Below are positions 8,535-18,902 of a stretch of 64,000 bases of DNA, piece after piece. Location: contig CAVXMK010000010.1 of assembly GCA_963762985.1 (NCBI GenBank), forward strand, positions 460,909-524,908, in the 5' to 3' direction. Each line of letters opens with the position of its first letter. The stretch's first letter is position 1. Both the position numbers and the translations under genes were made by a program. Source of the stretch: an uncultured Chloroflexia bacterium (GTDB lineage Bacteria > Chloroflexota > Chloroflexia > Thermomicrobiales > UBA6265). The notes below the pieces were generated by a model. That model was given only the letters and a program-made list of their open reading frames with translations. It was not told the origin of the DNA and made no database searches.

Positions 8535-9977
8535 TCAATCGGTCGCCAGCCGATACCGATCGCCCTCCTCATTCGGCGCCAGCAGGCCGTCCCGCAACGC
8601 CTCATAGCCCGCGCGGCCCATGAGCGCATAGGTGGCATTCTTCCCGGCCTCGACCCCCGGCTGGCCAAAGGGATTCACGTTCAACAGCGCGCCGCCCATG
8701 ACCGTCTGCAACTCGTAGAGATAGAAGAACTCGCCGAGGATCGCGGCGTCGATCGTTGGCACGGAAATGGTGAAGTTCGGGCGCTGCGCCTCGGTGAGCG
8801 CCCACGCCGTGGCGTGCTGCTCCCGCCGCAGCAACTGACCCAACTCGGCGTCTTTCAGGTAGTCCAATTCCGACACCCCGGCCGGAACGTCCTCGATCGT
8901 CACCTCCGCCCGATACCCGTCCACGGCGATGAGGCTGATGAGCTTGTCGTTCGGTCCCTCGGTGTAAAGCTGGATTTGCGAATGCTGGTCGATCGCGCCC
9001 AGCGCCTTGATCGGCGTCTGGCCGGTGAACACCACCTCATTGTCGAGGGAGAGCTTCTTGCCCAGACTCTCCGCCCAAAGCTGCCGGAACCAGTCCGACA
9101 GACCGAACAACGCATCCGCGTACGGCATCGTCACCAGGATCGACTTGCCGAGGCGAGTATCGGCAAGAATGGACAGCGCCGCGAGCAGGTGAGCCGGGTT
9201 CTGCCGCAGGTCCCCAGTCGCCGTGCGCGCGCGCATGGCCCGCGCCCCCGCCAGAAGCCCGCCGATATCGCACCCACAAACGGCGGCAGGGAGCATCCCC
9301 ACTGCGCTCAACACGGTCATGCGTCCATCCACGCCGGGTGGCACCGGAAACGTCCGGTAGCCTTCCTGGTCCGCCAGCGCGCGCAGCAACCCTTCCTTCG
9401 GGTCGGTCGTGGCCACGATCTGGCGTCGCGCCTGCTCGGCTCCGACTGCCCCTTCCAGCGCCTGCCGTGCGGCCAGAAAATTGGCCATCGTCTCCGCGGT
9501 CTGCCCCGACTTGGTCACGACGTTGATCAGTGTGTTTGGCAAATCCACCGTGGTCAACGTCGCCGCCACCTTCTCCGGATCGGGATTGTCCAGCACGAAA
9601 AAGCGGGGACCGCCGCGGTGTTCTGCCGGGAGCAGATTGCGGTACGGATGCGTCAGCGCCTGTACCGTGGCGATCGCCCCCAACGAGGAACCACCAATCC
9701 CGACCAGGATGACGTCGCTGTACCGCTCTCTCGCCTCAGCCGCGAAGGCATCGATCTCGGCCACCAGAGCCGTGTCGGACGGCAGATCCATCCAGCGCTG
9801 CCCGCCCGCCGCGTGCTCGGCCGCGAGCCGCTCATGCTGGGTCGCAACCTCCGGCGCGATCTCGTCCAGCATGGCATTGCTGACCCCGTCCTGGGCGCCA
9901 ACCGCATCCGCCATGCTGTTGCGATAGTCGATGGTCAAGCGGGACTTCTCGCCCGTCCCTCGGTCGCTCATGCTCAT
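8535..9977 (-). CDS. pgi: Glucose-6-phosphate isomerase
   Basis: 480 aa with VLVGIGGSSLG, VVTKSGQTAET and FGQPGVEAGK-type motifs. Its ATG overlaps the stop of the upstream BFD-like gene (ATGA). Confidence 0.9.
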   Translation of the reverse strand: MSMSDRGTGEKSRLTIDYRNSMADAVGAQDGVSNAMLDEIAPEVATQHERLAAEHAAGGQRWMDLPSDTALVAEIDAFAAEARERYSDVILVGIGGSSLGAIATVQALTHPYRNLLPAEHRGGPRFFVLDNPDPEKVAATLTTVDLPNTLINVVTKSGQTAETMANFLAARQALEGAVGAEQARRQIVATTDPKEGLLRALADQEGYRTFPVPPGVDGRMTVLSAVGMLPAAVCGCDIGGLLAGARAMRARTATGDLRQNPAHLLAALSILADTRLGKSILVTMPYADALFGLSDWFRQLWAESLGKKLSLDNEVVFTGQTPIKALGAIDQHSQIQLYTEGPNDKLISLIAVDGYRAEVTIEDVPAGVSELDYLKDAELGQLLRREQHATAWALTEAQRPNFTISVPTIDAAILGEFFYLYELQTVMGGALLNVNPFGQPGVEAGKNATYALMGRAGYEALRDGLLAPNEEGDRYRLATD

Positions 9978-10320
9978 CCCTTCTCGCTCATCGTGCGCCC
10001 CTCGCCACTCAATTCGGTGTCCAGATCAGCCAGCGCCACGAGCCGGATTGCCCGCACCGGCGCTCTGGCAGTCATCGGCGCTATTCGATCGATCGGCGCC
10101 CCGGTCGCCTGCGCCACCGTCGCCGCGACGAATGGCATGCAGAAGATGCCCTGGCACAGCCCATCCCGGCCCGCGTCCGGCGCTTGACATCGTCCACGGT
10201 CGTGGCCCCCGCGGAGATGGCGGCGACGATCTCCTCGCAGAGAATCTCTTCGCAGCGACAGACCAGGGTTGCTGCTGGATCGAGCACAGGGCGTCCCGCG
10301 ACTTCGTTCTCTGCCATCAC
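9974..10320 (-). pseudogene. BFD-like [2Fe-2S]-binding protein, frameshifted as sequenced (-1 near 10158)
   Basis: ORF 10081-10320 reads VCRCEEILCEEIVAAISAGATTVDDVKRRTRAGMG, then loses the expected LCQGxxC. The adjacent frame continues CQGIFCMPFVAATVAQATGAPIDRIAPMTARAPVRAI... to TGA at 9974-9976. Confidence 0.65.
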
Positions 10321-11288
10321 GTCATACCGGACGCAAATGGTTGCACGGCCACGGACTGGAGCGCTGCCCGCATGGTCTGTCGCCTGCCTAGCTCAGAGCC
10401 ACCAGCGGCACGGGTGGCCACGACGTTTTCATCGCCGCCCAACCCGAGCGAGGCTGCCGCGGCAACACCGGCCAGGCGACCTTCAGCGATGACCGCGGCC
10501 ACAGATCCGACTCCTGCCGCATCGCCAGCTACGAACAGTCCGGGAATCGGACTGTGCATGCGTTCGTCCACCACCGGAACCAACCCACCAAGCTCGGCGG
10601 CGAACCCGAGCGGCACACCCGCTATGGTCGCCAGGGCAGGGTCCGCCTGCCGGCCGACCGCGATCGCGATGCAGTCGACCGCGTAACGCTCCTGCCCGAC
10701 CCACAACTCACGCACGCCGTCCGCACCGGCGGCGCGGAGGAACGGTGCCGGGGCGATCCCGCTCCAGACCACGTCACCATCCGCCAGCATGACATCGACC
10801 GCTAACTCCTCGGCATCCTCGCCGCCGCCGATGATGGCGAAGCGCCGACCAGGCCGCACCCGGAGCCGATGCAGGAGGATTTTCAGACCACGAGCGCAGA
10901 AGACCCCGGGATAGGTCGCGCCGGCAAACGGGTATGGCAAGTCGGTCGAACCAGTCGCCACGATGAGTGCATCGGGGGTCCATCGCTGAGCATCGCCATC
11001 TCGAACCACGAGCAGCTCATTCGGCGCGAAACAGGCCGCAACTACCGTGCCGGATCGAATCTCGACTCCGGCAGCATGCGCTTCCGCGATCAGTCGCTCC
11101 GCGATTTGGCCAGGGCGCTCCGCGGCGAGTCCCTGCTGGGCAACTATCGGCTGGGCGCGATAGCGCAGTTGTCCCCCAGGCGCCGATCGTTCTTCATAGA
11201 CCGTCACCGCGGCTCCCGCACGGGCCGCATCCGCGGCAGCGGCCAACCCCGCCGGACCAGCGCCGACAACGACGATCTCCGGCGTCAC
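10317..11288 (-). CDS. FAD/NAD(P)-binding oxidoreductase (HcnB / opine oxidase subunit A-like)
   Basis: IVVVGAGPAGLAAAADAARAGAAVTVYE, a second fold FAIIGGGEDAEE, and GLFVAGDAAG near the C-terminus. It overlaps both neighbours by 4 nt. Confidence 0.8.
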   Translation of the reverse strand: MTPEIVVVGAGPAGLAAAADAARAGAAVTVYEERSAPGGQLRYRAQPIVAQQGLAAERPGQIAERLIAEAHAAGVEIRSGTVVAACFAPNELLVVRDGDAQRWTPDALIVATGSTDLPYPFAGATYPGVFCARGLKILLHRLRVRPGRRFAIIGGGEDAEELAVDVMLADGDVVWSGIAPAPFLRAAGADGVRELWVGQERYAVDCIAIAVGRQADPALATIAGVPLGFAAELGGLVPVVDERMHSPIPGLFVAGDAAGVGSVAAVIAEGRLAGVAAAASLGLGGDENVVATRAAGGSELGRRQTMRAALQSVAVQPFASGMT

Positions 11289-11656
11289 GGCTCAGACACC
11301 GTCGCGGAATCGACATCGCGCTCCCCGAGCCCGTGCTGGGTGCGCACGTCCAATCCAGCGGCGACCGGCGTCACGCAGGCGGGCACATTCGGCGCACCAT
11401 CGACCACGACCAGGCAATCGGCGCACCGGCCGACCATGCAGTATCCGCCCCGCGAGTCGCCAAATCGTGGCATCGTGCGAAACACGCGAAAACCGGCCGC
11501 GAGGAGAGCGGCGGCAATCGGTTCGCCCAACCTCCCTTCGATGGTCGCGCCATCAAACGTGAACGCCACGATCGGTGCCGACCCGAGCGCGCCCAGGACC
11601 GGATGCTCGCATATGCGAGTCGCCGAGTATTCGCGTGATTCGATGAAGTCGCCCAC
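11285..11656 (-). CDS. (2Fe-2S)-binding protein (HcnA / sarcosine oxidase alpha N-terminal-like)
   Basis: 123 aa with FTFDG..IEG..GEPIAAALLAAG...R..PRFGDSRGGYCMVGRCADCLVVVDGAPNVPACVTPV. Confidence 0.75.
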   Translation of the reverse strand: MGDFIESREYSATRICEHPVLGALGSAPIVAFTFDGATIEGRLGEPIAAALLAAGFRVFRTMPRFGDSRGGYCMVGRCADCLVVVDGAPNVPACVTPVAAGLDVRTQHGLGERDVDSATVSEP

Positions 11657-11889
11657 TCCGGCTCCGGCTGTCTGGTTTCAATCCGCCATCGCCTGGGCGG
11701 CAACCCGATCTTCAGTGGTCGCCGGCACGGCGTCAACGGCCCAGCAGGAAGTGGTCCACCGAATCGCCTATGCTAGAGTTTGCGCCGGTCAGGCGCAGAA
11801 TCACACGATCGATCGCGCCGCGTTTGGGCGGATGAGCAGGCCGCTACCTGCCGACACGCCGCCAGATCCAGCACCGGAGGCAAGCATTC

Positions 11890-13329
11890 ATGGTCAGTGC
11901 GAAGGCAGCGGAACAGATCAGGACAAGCGAGCGCGGAACGCGGCCCCCGGCCGACGCCAACGGTCATCCCGGCGCCGCGGAGGCGATGGAGCAAGGGGCG
12001 CGCGAGCACGTCTGGATTCATCAACTGCCTTGGGCCGAGTTCGAGAGCGACAACCTGCGCGTCTTCGACCGCGGCGAAGGCGCTCGCCTCTACGACGTGC
12101 GCGGTCGCGAGTACATCGACGGCATCGCCGGGCTCTGGGTCGTCAACGCCGGCCATGGCCGCCGCGAGATCGCCCAGGCATACGCGGACCAGGCGGCACG
12201 CCTCGGCTACGCCTCCGCCATGACCTACACCACCACGCCGGCCGTCAAGCTGGCCGAGAAGCTGGCCGAAATCACCCCCGGCGATCTCTCCCGGCTCTTC
12301 TTCGTCTCAGGCGGCTCGGAAGCGGTCGAGACGGCCATCAAGATCGCCAAGCAGGTGCAGGCCATGCGCGGTTTTGCCCGCCGGTACAAGATCATCGCCC
12401 GCCGCCGCTCCTACCACGGCATGACCTACGGCGCGATGAGTCTCACGGCGACCCGCAACGAGCATTGGTTCGGCCCGTTCATGTACGGCGTCTCCCACGT
12501 GCCGCACCCCGATCGCTACCGCTCCGATTTCGGACTCGAAGGCGAAGAAGCCGACCTGATGGCGGCGCGCTCCGTCGAGCAGGAGATCCTCAGTCAGGGT
12601 CCGGACACGGTCGCCGCCGTCATTGGCGAACCGATTTCCACCGCGGCCGGGGTCCATGTTCCCTCGCCGAAGTACTGGCAGATGCTGCGCGAGATCTGCG
12701 ACCGCCACGGCGTGCTCCTCATCGCCGACGAGGTCATCAACGGCTTCGGTCGCACCGGCACCATGTTCGCCACCGAGCAGTTCGGCTTCGTCCCCGACAT
12801 CATGACCGTGGCCAAGGGGCTTTCCTCCGGCTATGCCCCCATCGCCGCCGCCATTGTCCGCGAGTCGATCTACGAAATCTTCAAGGAGAACAAGGAGGCG
12901 GCCATGGGCCACCTCCTCACCTTCGGCGGCCACCCCGCCGCCTCAGCGGCAGCACTGAAAAATATCGAAATCTTCGAGGAAGAGGGTCTGGTCAAGCAGG
13001 GCGCCGAACGCGGCGACTACCTGCGCCGCCGGCTCCAGGATCTGCGGGCGCACCCGACCGTCGGTGACCTGCGCGGCCTCGGTATGATGTACGGCATCGA
13101 CCTGGTCAAGAACAAGGAGACGCGTGAACCGTGGAGCAAGGGCGCTCCGTTCACGACCCGTCTCGGCGAGTTGGCACTTGAGCGCGGTCTGGTGACCCGT
13201 GTTTGGGACGTTATGCACTTCGCCCCGCCGCTGGTGATCGAAAAAGACGAGATCGATCGCATGGTCGAGATCGCCGACGAGAGCCTTACCATCGCGGAGC
13301 GCGAGTTCGCGTCGGAGATTTCGGCGTAA
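11890..13329 (+). CDS. Class III (omega) aminotransferase
   Basis: GLWVVNAGHGR, SGGSEAVETAIK, DEVINGFGRTG and TVAKGLSSGY (PLP lysine) motifs. The start is uncertain (11890 or the ATG near 11983). It is divergent from the 2Fe-2S operon. Confidence 0.85.
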   Translation: MVSAKAAEQIRTSERGTRPPADANGHPGAAEAMEQGAREHVWIHQLPWAEFESDNLRVFDRGEGARLYDVRGREYIDGIAGLWVVNAGHGRREIAQAYADQAARLGYASAMTYTTTPAVKLAEKLAEITPGDLSRLFFVSGGSEAVETAIKIAKQVQAMRGFARRYKIIARRRSYHGMTYGAMSLTATRNEHWFGPFMYGVSHVPHPDRYRSDFGLEGEEADLMAARSVEQEILSQGPDTVAAVIGEPISTAAGVHVPSPKYWQMLREICDRHGVLLIADEVINGFGRTGTMFATEQFGFVPDIMTVAKGLSSGYAPIAAAIVRESIYEIFKENKEAAMGHLLTFGGHPAASAAALKNIEIFEEEGLVKQGAERGDYLRRRLQDLRAHPTVGDLRGLGMMYGIDLVKNKETREPWSKGAPFTTRLGELALERGLVTRVWDVMHFAPPLVIEKDEIDRMVEIADESLTIAEREFASEISA

Positions 13330-13330
13330 C

Positions 13331-13453
13331 GGGCTACTGGCTATGAGCTTTGAGCTACCAGCTTTCAGGCGACAACGGAGGGTAGCCCTGCGGCAATAGC
13401 CAGTTCCAATCTTCGTTGCAGGCCAATGGCCCATAGCCCATAGCTCATAGCCC
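13331..13453. repeat. Imperfect palindromic, lower-GC element built from GCTATGAGCT/GCTATGGGCT units between convergent genes
   Basis: GGCTATGAGCT (13339-13349) is the exact reverse complement of 13442-13452. The arms GGGCTACTGGCTATGAGCTTTGAGCT and CCCATAGCCCATAGCTCATAGCCC form a long hairpin, a likely bidirectional terminator. Confidence 0.5.
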
Positions 13454-13454
13454 T

Positions 13455-13904
13455 TTACCGCCCGCTGCGGGCATCGCGGCAGAAACGGCAGTACACGGGG
13501 CGATCCAGCCGTGGTTTGAACGGCAGCTGGATCGGGCGCCGGCAGTCCGCACAGTCGGCGGGATAGAGGCGTTCTGCGGCGTCTGCTGGTCCAACGGTTA
13601 GCGACCTGGTTCCCTGAAGTTGGCCCGTCCGCAGGCTTTCCAGAACGCGTGCGTTGTGCTCCTCCCGGCGTGCAATGCGACACGTCGGGCATCGCGGCGA
13701 AACGGCCAGACCCGTCCCACGTCTGGCGGCGACCTCCTTCGGGTCGCGTTCGAAAGGCTCGCCGCAATCGATGCAGAGGGAGCGACTCTGGCCTGTCCGA
13801 CTGTCAATCAGTACTGGGTGCACGCAAGCGTCCCGGCTCCTCTCTTCCTTCGCGAACCTTCGGCGCCAAAGCGTTTCCGCGTCGATCAGTCTAGTCGCGG
13901 GCAT
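13455..13904 (-). CDS. Small zinc-ribbon protein with a C-terminal CxxC-x17-CxxC domain
   Basis: This is the lower 149 codons of track ORF 13455-15908 (ATG at 13904). It has CIDC...CPTC, then CADC-RRPIQLPFKPRLDRPVY-CRFC (exactly 17 residues between the pairs). The rest of the 817-aa ORF is antisense to pepF. Confidence 0.6.
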   Translation of the reverse strand: MPATRLIDAETLWRRRFAKEERSRDACVHPVLIDSRTGQSRSLCIDCGEPFERDPKEVAARRGTGLAVSPRCPTCRIARREEHNARVLESLRTGQLQGTRSLTVGPADAAERLYPADCADCRRPIQLPFKPRLDRPVYCRFCRDARSGR

Positions 13905-13997
13905 CGACGTCGGTCCTGAGGCATCATTCGTGCAGAGCTTTCGCCTCGGGCGCTTGAGTTCCCGAGCGCGCCGTTGACACGAAGTGTTGAGGATCGT

Positions 13998-15875
13998 ATG
14001 AGCACTGAAACCCCGATGAAAATCCCGAGCGGGGACGTTCCGACCCGCGACCAGATCGCCATCGAAGACACGTGGGATCTCTCCAGGATCTATCCTGACG
14101 AGGCCGACTGGAATGCCGATGCGGCGCGGATGCCGGAGCTGATCGCCGCTGCCGCCAGTCATCGCGATTCCCTCGGCGAGTCGGCGCCACGATTGCGACA
14201 GGCGCTCGACGACATCATGAGCCTGCGGCAGACGCTGGAGCGGCTGCGCGTCTACGCCATGCTCCGGCGGGATGAGAACACCGCGGACAGCGAGTCGCTG
14301 GCCCGATACGAGCGCTCCGTTGCCCTCGCAATCGAGGCCGCGGAGGCGCTGGCATTCGTCGAACCCGAACTGCTCGCCCTGGATGCGGAGCGGTTCGACG
14401 CGCTGCGCGCCGACCCCACCCTGGCCCCCTTCGAGCACATGCTCGACGACCTGGCCCGGCGCCGGCCCCACGTCCGCTCTCTCGAAGTCGAAGAAGTCCT
14501 CGCCCAGGGCGCGGACGTGGCCAGAGCGCCGTCCGACGCCTTCGCCGCCCTCGACAACGCCGATCTGACCTACGGCCGCGTCCGCGACGAGTCCGGGAAC
14601 GAGATCGAGTTGACCAAGGCGCGCCAGGCGCTCCTCCTGCGCTCGAAGGACCGCGCCACCCGCCAGCGCGCCTACGAAACATTCACCAAGGCCTACCTCG
14701 ACCATCGGCACACCCTGGCTGCGCTGCACGGCGCCTCTGTACGCGGCGATGTGTTCCAGGCGCGAGTCCGCAACTACCCATCGGCCCGCGAGGCCGCCCT
14801 GTTTGACGACAATGTGCCGACCGCTGTCTACGACACCCTCATCGAGTCGGTCCGCGACGCGCGGCCCGTGTTCGAGCGATACATGGAGCTGCGGCGCAAG
14901 ATCCTGGGACTCGACCAACTCACGGCCTTCGATTTGCTGGTCCCACTCTCTCCCGAACCGGAAGTTCAGCATGACTACCGCGCTGGCGCCGACCTGGTCC
15001 TCGGCGGGCTCGATCTCCTCGGCGATGAGTACGTCAACGATCTCCGCTCCGGGTTCCACGGCCGCTGGGTCGACGTGCATGAGACCAAGGGGAAGCGCTC
15101 GGGAGCCTACTCCTGGGGAGCCTACGCCGCGCCGCCGGTGATCCTGATGAACTGGAACGGCACGATGAACGACGTCTTCACGCTCGCTCACGAAGCCGGC
15201 CACGCCATGCACAGCTTCTACTCCGACGCCAACCTCCCCTTCCACCTCGCCGGCTACCCGATCTTCCTGGCCGAAATCGCCTCCACCGTCAACGAGGTGC
15301 TCCTGACCTGGAGCCTGCTGGCGCAGACACCGGAAGACGACGCCGTCACCCGCTTCGCTATCCTCGACCGCTTCGCCGAAACGTACTACGGCACCGTCGT
15401 CCGCCAGACGATGTTCGCCGAGTACGAACAGCGCGTGCATGCCCTGGCCGAAGCGGGGCAACCGATCACCCTCGACGTGCTGAGCGACATCTACGCCGAA
15501 CTGTACGCAACATACCTCCCCGGCGTGGCGATTGATGACGGCGTGCGCGTCAACTGGGGTCGCGTCCCCCATTTCTACCGCGCCTTTTACGTCTACCAAT
15601 ACGCCACCGGCATGTCCGCCGCCATCGCCATCGCCCGCGCCATCCGCGACGAGGGCGAGCCCGCGCGGGAACGCTATCTGCGCCTCCTCTCGTCCGGCGG
15701 CAGCGACTACCCGCTCGCGCTGCTGGCAAATGCCGGGGTCGATCTGACCTCGCCCGAAGCGATCGAGGCGGGCCTGGCGGAGTTCGAGAGCATCGTCGCC
15801 GAGATGGAGCAAATCGTGGCTTCTGGGGCGCTTGAGCAAGCGGGGGCAAACGGACGCGCCAAGCCCGAAGCCTGA
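13998..15875 (+). CDS. pepF: Oligoendopeptidase F (M3B metallopeptidase)
   Basis: HEAGHAMH zinc motif and full-length M3B-like sequence. I prefer the ATG at 13998 (MSTETP) over the TTG at 13974. Confidence 0.88.
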   Translation: MSTETPMKIPSGDVPTRDQIAIEDTWDLSRIYPDEADWNADAARMPELIAAAASHRDSLGESAPRLRQALDDIMSLRQTLERLRVYAMLRRDENTADSESLARYERSVALAIEAAEALAFVEPELLALDAERFDALRADPTLAPFEHMLDDLARRRPHVRSLEVEEVLAQGADVARAPSDAFAALDNADLTYGRVRDESGNEIELTKARQALLLRSKDRATRQRAYETFTKAYLDHRHTLAALHGASVRGDVFQARVRNYPSAREAALFDDNVPTAVYDTLIESVRDARPVFERYMELRRKILGLDQLTAFDLLVPLSPEPEVQHDYRAGADLVLGGLDLLGDEYVNDLRSGFHGRWVDVHETKGKRSGAYSWGAYAAPPVILMNWNGTMNDVFTLAHEAGHAMHSFYSDANLPFHLAGYPIFLAEIASTVNEVLLTWSLLAQTPEDDAVTRFAILDRFAETYYGTVVRQTMFAEYEQRVHALAEAGQPITLDVLSDIYAELYATYLPGVAIDDGVRVNWGRVPHFYRAFYVYQYATGMSAAIAIARAIRDEGEPARERYLRLLSSGGSDYPLALLANAGVDLTSPEAIEAGLAEFESIVAEMEQIVASGALEQAGANGRAKPEA

Positions 15876-15927
15876 CCGCGGCGCCGTGCGATCGGGGAAG
15901 GGGATCATCCTCCCGGCCCTGAGCTTC

Positions 15928-16112
15928 TTGATCCCCTTGATCCCCTTGACCCCCTTACCCCGTGGCGGGGGAGGAGGTGCAGGATTTCCCCCGTTCGGCG
16001 CCGAAAAGCCCCTCGCCCATCACAATGGGCCGGGTACCCTCTGGGTGGCGGTTGGGGTGAGGGTTTTTCGCCGCGACATCGCTTTACCTCCCCCTGTCAG
16101 CTCAGGGAGGGG
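15928..16112. repeat. Intergenic REP cluster: 9-mer tandem (TTGATCCCC x2, TTGACCCCC) plus a CCCCTCGCCC...GGTTGGGGTGAGGGT unit and a CCTCCCC/GGGAGGG hairpin
   Basis: 16008-16065 matches the units at 29732-29774 and 63091-63128 (reverse orientation) and the split unit around the IS at 7233-7272/8505-8525. Confidence 0.7.
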
Positions 16113-16144
16113 AGAAGAGCTGGAGATGAGGGATCCAGAGCCGC

Positions 16145-17501
<1,357 letters not shown>

Positions 17502-17555
17502 CTAACACCCCATCACCCCATCACCCAAACACCGTCTATACTCCCTCCAACATCG

Positions 17556-17803
17556 CAAGAGTTGGCGTCGACGGAGACGAGTACCCGCTGGCGCGCCAGA
17601 CAGGGACGGCGGTCGCGACTGAGAACCGCCGGGGTGGCGCGAGCGGGGAAATTCCCTCCCGAGCCGGACGGTGAACGCGCCACGCGCGCCGCGTAGTCGT
17701 CCCCTTTGCCCAGGGATAGCGGGCAATATCGAGCGCGCCGGTTCGCCGGCGAAGCAGGGTGGTACCGCGTGGAGACCCCTCGTCCCTGCCGAGGGGTTTT
17801 TTC
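17556..17803 (+). promoter_or_regulatory. T-box leader (tRNA-sensing riboswitch) with intrinsic terminator upstream of pheS
   Basis: AGGGTGGTACCGCG (17756-17769) is the conserved T-box sequence. It is followed by the terminator CCCCTCG-N7-CGAGGGG (17776-17796) and TTTTTT. Upstream stem-I-like elements are GGAGACGAGTA, GAGAA and GGGGTGG, and GGAAATTCCC contains a Phe UUC codon. Confidence 0.8.
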
Positions 17804-17840
17804 GTGCCCATCGATCGGGCGAAAGGAACGAGAACGAAGC

Positions 17841-18893
17841 ATGGCGACAGACGCCCAGGCAACGATCGACGACATGCGAACCCGCGCGACGACGGAGCTC
17901 GACGCTGCCGGCACGCTCGACGAGCTCATCGCTTGGGAGCGCGCCTATCTCGGGCCCAAGGGAGAGGTCACCCTCTTCCTGCGCGGGCTCGCTTCGCTCC
18001 CGGCCGATCAGCGGCCCATCGCCGGCCGCGGCGGCAACGCGCTGAAGACCGAGCTGACTGACGGCCTGGGAAGCGACGCCGCACCGTCCTCGCCGCTGCC
18101 GACCTCGAGCAGCGCCTCGCCGAACGATGCCGTCGACGTCACCCTGCCCGGCCGACCACCGGTCCTCGGCGCCTCCCACCCGGTGACACAGATGATCGAC
18201 GAGTTGAGCGAAATCTTCGCCCTCCTCGGGTTCCAGACCGTCTTCGGACCGGAGGTCGAGACCGCGCACTACAACTTCGACGTCCTCAACATCCCCAAGG
18301 ATCACCCCGCGCGCGACGTCTGGGACACCTTCTACGTCGACCTCCCCGGCGAGATCGTGCTGCGCACCCACACCTCCCCCATGCAGGGCCGCGTCATGGA
18401 GCAGCAGGAGCCACCCGTGCGCGTCGTCGTCCCCGGCCGCGTTTACCGCTACGAAGCCCAGGACGCCTCCCACGAATGGATGCTGCACCAGCTCGAAGGG
18501 CTCGCCGTCGACCGCAACATCACCATGGCCGACCTCAAGGGCACACTGGCCGAAATGGCGCGCCAGCTCTTCGGCCCGGAACGGCGCACGCGGTTTCGCT
18601 GCGACTTCTTCCCCTTCGTCGAACCCGGCGTCGATTTCGCCGTCGACTGCGCCATCTGCGGCGGGAAGGGCTGCCGCGTCTGCAAAGGGACCGGCTGGCT
18701 GGAGATGGGCGGCGCCGGCATGGTCCATCCCAACGTACTGCGCGCCGTCGGCTACGACCCCGACGTCTACAGCGGCTTCGCCTTCGGGCTCGGCATCGAG
18801 CGCCTGGCCATGATGCGCTCCGGCGTCGACGACATCCGCGCCTTTGCCGCCAACGACCTGCGCTTCCTGCGCCAATTCGCCCGCGCGGCGTAA
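17841..18893 (+). CDS. pheS: Phenylalanine--tRNA ligase alpha subunit; contains a ~58-nt out-of-frame patch (18070-18128)
   Basis: The ATG at 17841 follows the T-box terminator. Class II motifs are present: HPARD, RTHTSP, FRCDFFPFVEPG, GFAFGLGIERL. The low-complexity GSDAAPSSPLPTSSSASPND reads in the -1 frame as GKRRRTVLAAADLEQRLAER, which is PheS-like. Confidence 0.88.
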   Translation: MATDAQATIDDMRTRATTELDAAGTLDELIAWERAYLGPKGEVTLFLRGLASLPADQRPIAGRGGNALKTELTDGLGSDAAPSSPLPTSSSASPNDAVDVTLPGRPPVLGASHPVTQMIDELSEIFALLGFQTVFGPEVETAHYNFDVLNIPKDHPARDVWDTFYVDLPGEIVLRTHTSPMQGRVMEQQEPPVRVVVPGRVYRYEAQDASHEWMLHQLEGLAVDRNITMADLKGTLAEMARQLFGPERRTRFRCDFFPFVEPGVDFAVDCAICGGKGCRVCKGTGWLEMGGAGMVHPNVLRAVGYDPDVYSGFAFGLGIERLAMMRSGVDDIRAFAANDLRFLRQFARAA

Positions 18894-18902
18894 GGACGCC
18901 CC

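Noticed and set aside
8814-13067. Long ORFs 8814-10187 (+) and 10869-13067 (+, 732 aa)
   Set aside because: They are antisense to or out of frame with pgi, the flavoprotein/2Fe-2S genes and the aminotransferase. Their low-complexity Arg/Pro/Ser-rich translations are not protein-like.
13905-15908. Upper ~670 codons of the 817-aa minus-strand ORF
   Set aside because: It is exactly antisense to pepF, which has the HEAGHAMH motif and full-length family similarity. The translation is Gly/Arg/Val-rich with no recognisable domain. Only the last 149 codons (13455-13904) look real.
15928-15963. Tandem 9-mers as a possible CRISPR or minisatellite
   Set aside because: There are only three to four short contiguous units with no spacers. 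It is part of a REP cluster, not a CRISPR array.
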